Shown here: piece by piece, positions 37,400-39,637 of the stretch
How the letters are laid out: every line of letters starts with the position of its first letter
Numbering within the stretch: the stretch's first letter is position 1
DNA from: a virus
Lineage: Duplodnaviria > Caudoviricetes
DNA length: 39,637 nucleotides
Virus record (IMG/VR): IMGVR_UViG_3300002307_000108
Coordinates: 1-39,637 of that record
Strand: one strand, 5' to 3'
Notes under the pieces: generated by a model
Databases searched by the model: none
The model's input: only the letters and a program-made list of their open reading frames with translations
What the model was told of the DNA's origin: nothing
Position numbers and translations under genes: made by a program

Positions 37400-37600
37400 G
37401 ACGATCACTTGTTGAGTCGTCACCCTCCGTGGCCAGGGTGTTTTACCCATTGTACGAAGATGGGTCCTACCGCTTGCTGGGCCCCTCGCGCCAGGGCCAG
37501 TCCCCCCGGGCTCTCTGCCGCTCAGCGCCCTTGTGGCGCACAGAGGGGCGAAAGCCCCACAACAGTCGGGCGAAAGCCCCTTCCGCCTGAGCGGGGCGCG
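37400..37600. ncRNA. Candidate structured non-coding element (series of hairpins + four-way junction)
   Basis: At least seven adjacent stem-loops. CCGCTCAG/CTGAGCGG closes three hairpins, two of them GGGC-GAAA-GCCC. Confidence 0.4.
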
Positions 37601-37680
37601 CAGCGTTCGCTCGATGCTTGCAAGTGATGGAAGAAATTTTTTGGCGCTTGGCGCGGCACAGCGCTGGCCCCGGCGCAGGT

Positions 37681-37704
37681 GGGTGGGAGCCGAAACCCCC
37701 ACCC
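37681..37704 (-). terminator. Stem-loop following the 177-aa gene
   Basis: The - strand reads GGGTGGGGG-TTTCGG-CTCCCACCC (G-U pair, UUCG loop) 12 nt after the stop at 37717. Confidence 0.55.
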
Positions 37705-37716
37705 TTTCGCTGCCTG

Positions 37717-38250
37717 TTAGATTTCGTCACCCGCGTCGGCAGTTGCCTTCTCGCTCGCCTTGATCCGACGAGCGTGTTCGGCCTTTGCCGCGTCAAGCAG
37801 CTTCGGCCCATGTTCGGCATGGGCGAGGCGGTCGGCAACAGCCTTAGCCAAGGTTTTGATCACCGTGCCATCAGCGGTGCTGATGGTAAGGACCTTCTTG
37901 CCGTCCTCTCCCGCGACCTTGGAAACCTTCCAGCCCTTCCGGGAGACGACATCAAGCACAGCCTTTTCGGAAAGTTCCGCCGCGATGAGCGCGATTGGAT
38001 CACGGGACGGCTTCGGCTTCGGCTCGCCGCTCTTCCGAACACCAAGTTTGCCCTCGAGGATGCTCAAAAGCTTCGCCGCTCTCCATTCGGCTGCCTTGGC
38101 ATCATCCTTGCGGATCTCCTTGGGTACTTCGTTCGAGAAGATATGGGACAGTGCGCGGTTCAGCAGGGTGACAACGCTGGTATAGGGCATGTCGCCGAAA
38201 AGGATTTCAACGCCATTGGCGGAATAAACGGGGGTGGTTGCTTGTGTCAT
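37717..38250 (-). CDS. Hypothetical Ala/Lys-rich protein (177 aa)
   Basis: AAGGAG at 38259-38264, ATG 38250 and a downstream hairpin. Confidence 0.8.
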   Translation of the reverse strand: MTQATTPVYSANGVEILFGDMPYTSVVTLLNRALSHIFSNEVPKEIRKDDAKAAEWRAAKLLSILEGKLGVRKSGEPKPKPSRDPIALIAAELSEKAVLDVVSRKGWKVSKVAGEDGKKVLTISTADGTVIKTLAKAVADRLAHAEHGPKLLDAAKAEHARRIKASEKATADAGDEI

Positions 38251-38734
38251 GATACAGGCTCCTTGTGGGACCGGCGAAATTGCCGGGCGTTGTGGCGTCG
38301 GCCACAAGAAGATAATGGGGGAAATGCAGGTGAAATGCACATGCTCAACTCGCATGACAGGGTTGCGGGGCGTGGCGGGGGCGTGGCGGTGCCCGGGGGC
38401 GTGGATGGGTGCGCGGGGCACAGATAGCACGCGCACCCACCCACCTGCGCCCACCCACGTCCGACAGATAAAGCCGCATCATTTCAGACAGATAAGCCGC
38501 CGAGCACCCCTTCGGCAACCTGAATTTCCCCGCCGCAGGGCACTGTAGGGAACCCCCGGGGCCTAAAAAAGGCTAAGGGCCGTGGTGCGGGTGCTGGGGT
38601 GCGCCGAGGCCGGAAGTGATCGTGGCCGAGGGGTGTGACATTTTTGCGGCACCGGACGCCGCCCGGGGATTGCGCCCGGGGATGCAGCTGTGCGGTTACA
38701 CCATTACCCAGCCCACGCACCGCGGGATGGTGCA

Positions 38735-38768
38735 ATCGTGGGCGGAGTGTGATCATCACACCGTGGCC
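38735..38768 (+). repeat. Dispersed 34-bp element, copy 4
   Basis: ATCGTGGGC ggag TGTGA tca TCACA ccgtggcc. Confidence 0.85.
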
Positions 38769-38901
38769 ATCCCCTCATGCCCCTTCCCCTCATGCCCTCA
38801 CGACCTTCTCTCCCCTTCCCTTCTCTCCCCCGTTTGCTTCCACTTATCTACTGTAAAAAAAAATAACAATAGAAACTCAGAAAGAAGAGGCCAAACCGCA
38901 A

Positions 38902-38940
38902 AGCGTGGGCTGAGCACAGTGTGAGCATCACACCGTGGCC
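38902..38940 (+). repeat. Dispersed element, copy 5 (9-nt first spacer)
   Basis: AGCGTGGGC tgagcacag TGTGA gca TCACA ccgtggcc. Confidence 0.8.
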
Positions 38941-39180
38941 ACCAAAGTGTGCAAGCCCAAAGCTGCATCCCCTATCACAATCCCCTATCGCGGTCCGGTG
39001 CCGCAAAAATACCACACTTCTCAACCATCGCTTCGCGGCCCATCAGCACGCAAACGGGCCAATGCAGCACAGGCCAACGCAGCACGGGCCCATCAGCCCG
39101 CGCCAACACTTCGCGCCCAAATGGTAGCCCGGCGAAAAAACAACCGACTAACCCATTGAAATCATTCAACAATTATGCCA

Positions 39181-39209
39181 TTGCAATGCTATCCCACATA
39201 TGCCACAAT
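39181..39209 (+). promoter_or_regulatory. Possible sigma70-type early promoter
   Basis: TTGCAA, 17 nt, CACAAT with an AT-rich upstream region, ahead of AAGGAG and ATG 39257. Confidence 0.4.
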
Positions 39210-39256
39210 ACCAATCGGGCCGTCCGGCCCACCCACAGCAGCCAAGGAGCACTCAA

Positions 39257-39607
39257 ATGCCAAAAACGTCTTTAGACCAGCTTATCTAAATCGAAAAACA
39301 GATTGTCGAAAAAACCGTTCATACTTTGATCAATCAGGGTTATTTTCTCTCAGTATGGGACGGCGAGGAATTTGCAATCCGCCAATCGTCAGATGCCAAG
39401 GACGTCATCACCGCCATGATGCAGACTGATGAAGATTCTATTCTTGCGTAGAATGGTCAGGGAAAGCGGGCATGGGGGGCGGGAGTTGTATGTTTCGCCT
39501 ACGGCAATGACGGCTGGGACGTGATTTACGATTACTCGATCGCGCTCAAAACGGCACTGGAGCCGGTCTTCACTTTGGCAAACGAGCTCAAAAAACAATA
39601 CGGTTGA
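39257..39607 (+). pseudogene. Early phage gene (116 codons) interrupted by in-frame TAA and TAG
   Basis: AAGGAG RBS. One frame reads MPKTSLDQLI*IEKQIVEK...GYFLSVWDGEE...TDEDSILA*NG...FAYGNDGWDVIYDYS...KKQYG*, with stops at 39287 and 39449. Confidence 0.7.
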
Positions 39608-39637
39608 AACCGGGGGGGGGGGCATGGTATGCCGCTG

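Larger units (their letters stand above)
38613..39034. repeat. Long imperfect inverted repeat (arms ~38613-38701 and ~38949-39034)
   Basis: Perfect 18-bp core ATTTTTGCGGCACCGGAC (38640-38657 / 38993-39010), 12-bp GGGGATGCAGCT (38678-38689 / 38961-38972) and collinear flanks. Confidence 0.9.

Noticed and set aside
37518-37594. tRNA-sized cloverleaf as a tRNA gene
   Set aside because: No GTTCRA T-loop in the right position, no D-loop GG, no 7-nt anticodon loop and no CCA on either strand. Kept only as a structured element.
37256-37702. 149-aa N-terminal extension of ORF 36629..37702 (and the 68-aa extension of 37717..38454)
   Set aside because: Low-complexity read-through of GC-rich structured non-coding DNA. 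A promoter or RBS supports the internal ATGs at 37255 and 38250.
38748-38760. TGTGA...TCACA palindromes as host CRP/FNR sites
   Set aside because: The spacer is 3 nt rather than the 6 nt CRP requires, and the conserved CGTGG flanks are not part of a CRP site.
39257-39607. Stop-codon reassignment (alternative genetic code)
   Set aside because: TAA, TAG and TGA all terminate well-defined genes elsewhere, long genes are uninterrupted in code 11, and no suppressor tRNA was seen.

Overview
The window is most of a ~40-kb tailed dsDNA phage genome of podovirus type with P22-like morphogenesis genes. The host is unknown; no integrase, repressor, primase or RNA polymerase is recognisable, so part of the early region is probably missing. 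The + strand (29-5940) carries a replication/modification block: a ParB/Srx-DNA methyltransferase fusion, a small Cys-rich protein, and a family A DNA polymerase split into two genes inside its proofreading domain. The first half is UDG-like plus ExoI/ExoII, the second is ExoIII plus polymerase, and a small NrdJ/TSCPD-like ORF lies between them; a DUF3987-like P-loop ATPase follows. The - strand (37255 down to 6081) is one long late region: probable TerS, GH73 endolysin, two membrane proteins, tailspike, nuclease, TerL, portal, a polyvalent protein, scaffold, capsid, gp4/gp10-like tail parts, GNAT, ejection proteins and a large beta-helix protein. Most notable: (1) three fibre/appendage-like late proteins with Sec-type signal peptides; (2) a ~34-bp element (ATCGTGGGC-N4-TGTGA-N3-TCACA-NCGTGG) found five times, only at gene boundaries or in non-coding DNA; (3) the split UDG-PolA with atypical motif B/C residues; (4) a ~90-bp-arm inverted repeat in the divergent control region; (5) a hairpin-dense region with a 77-nt four-way junction upstream of the late promoter. 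All family assignments are from motif recognition by eye, not database searches.
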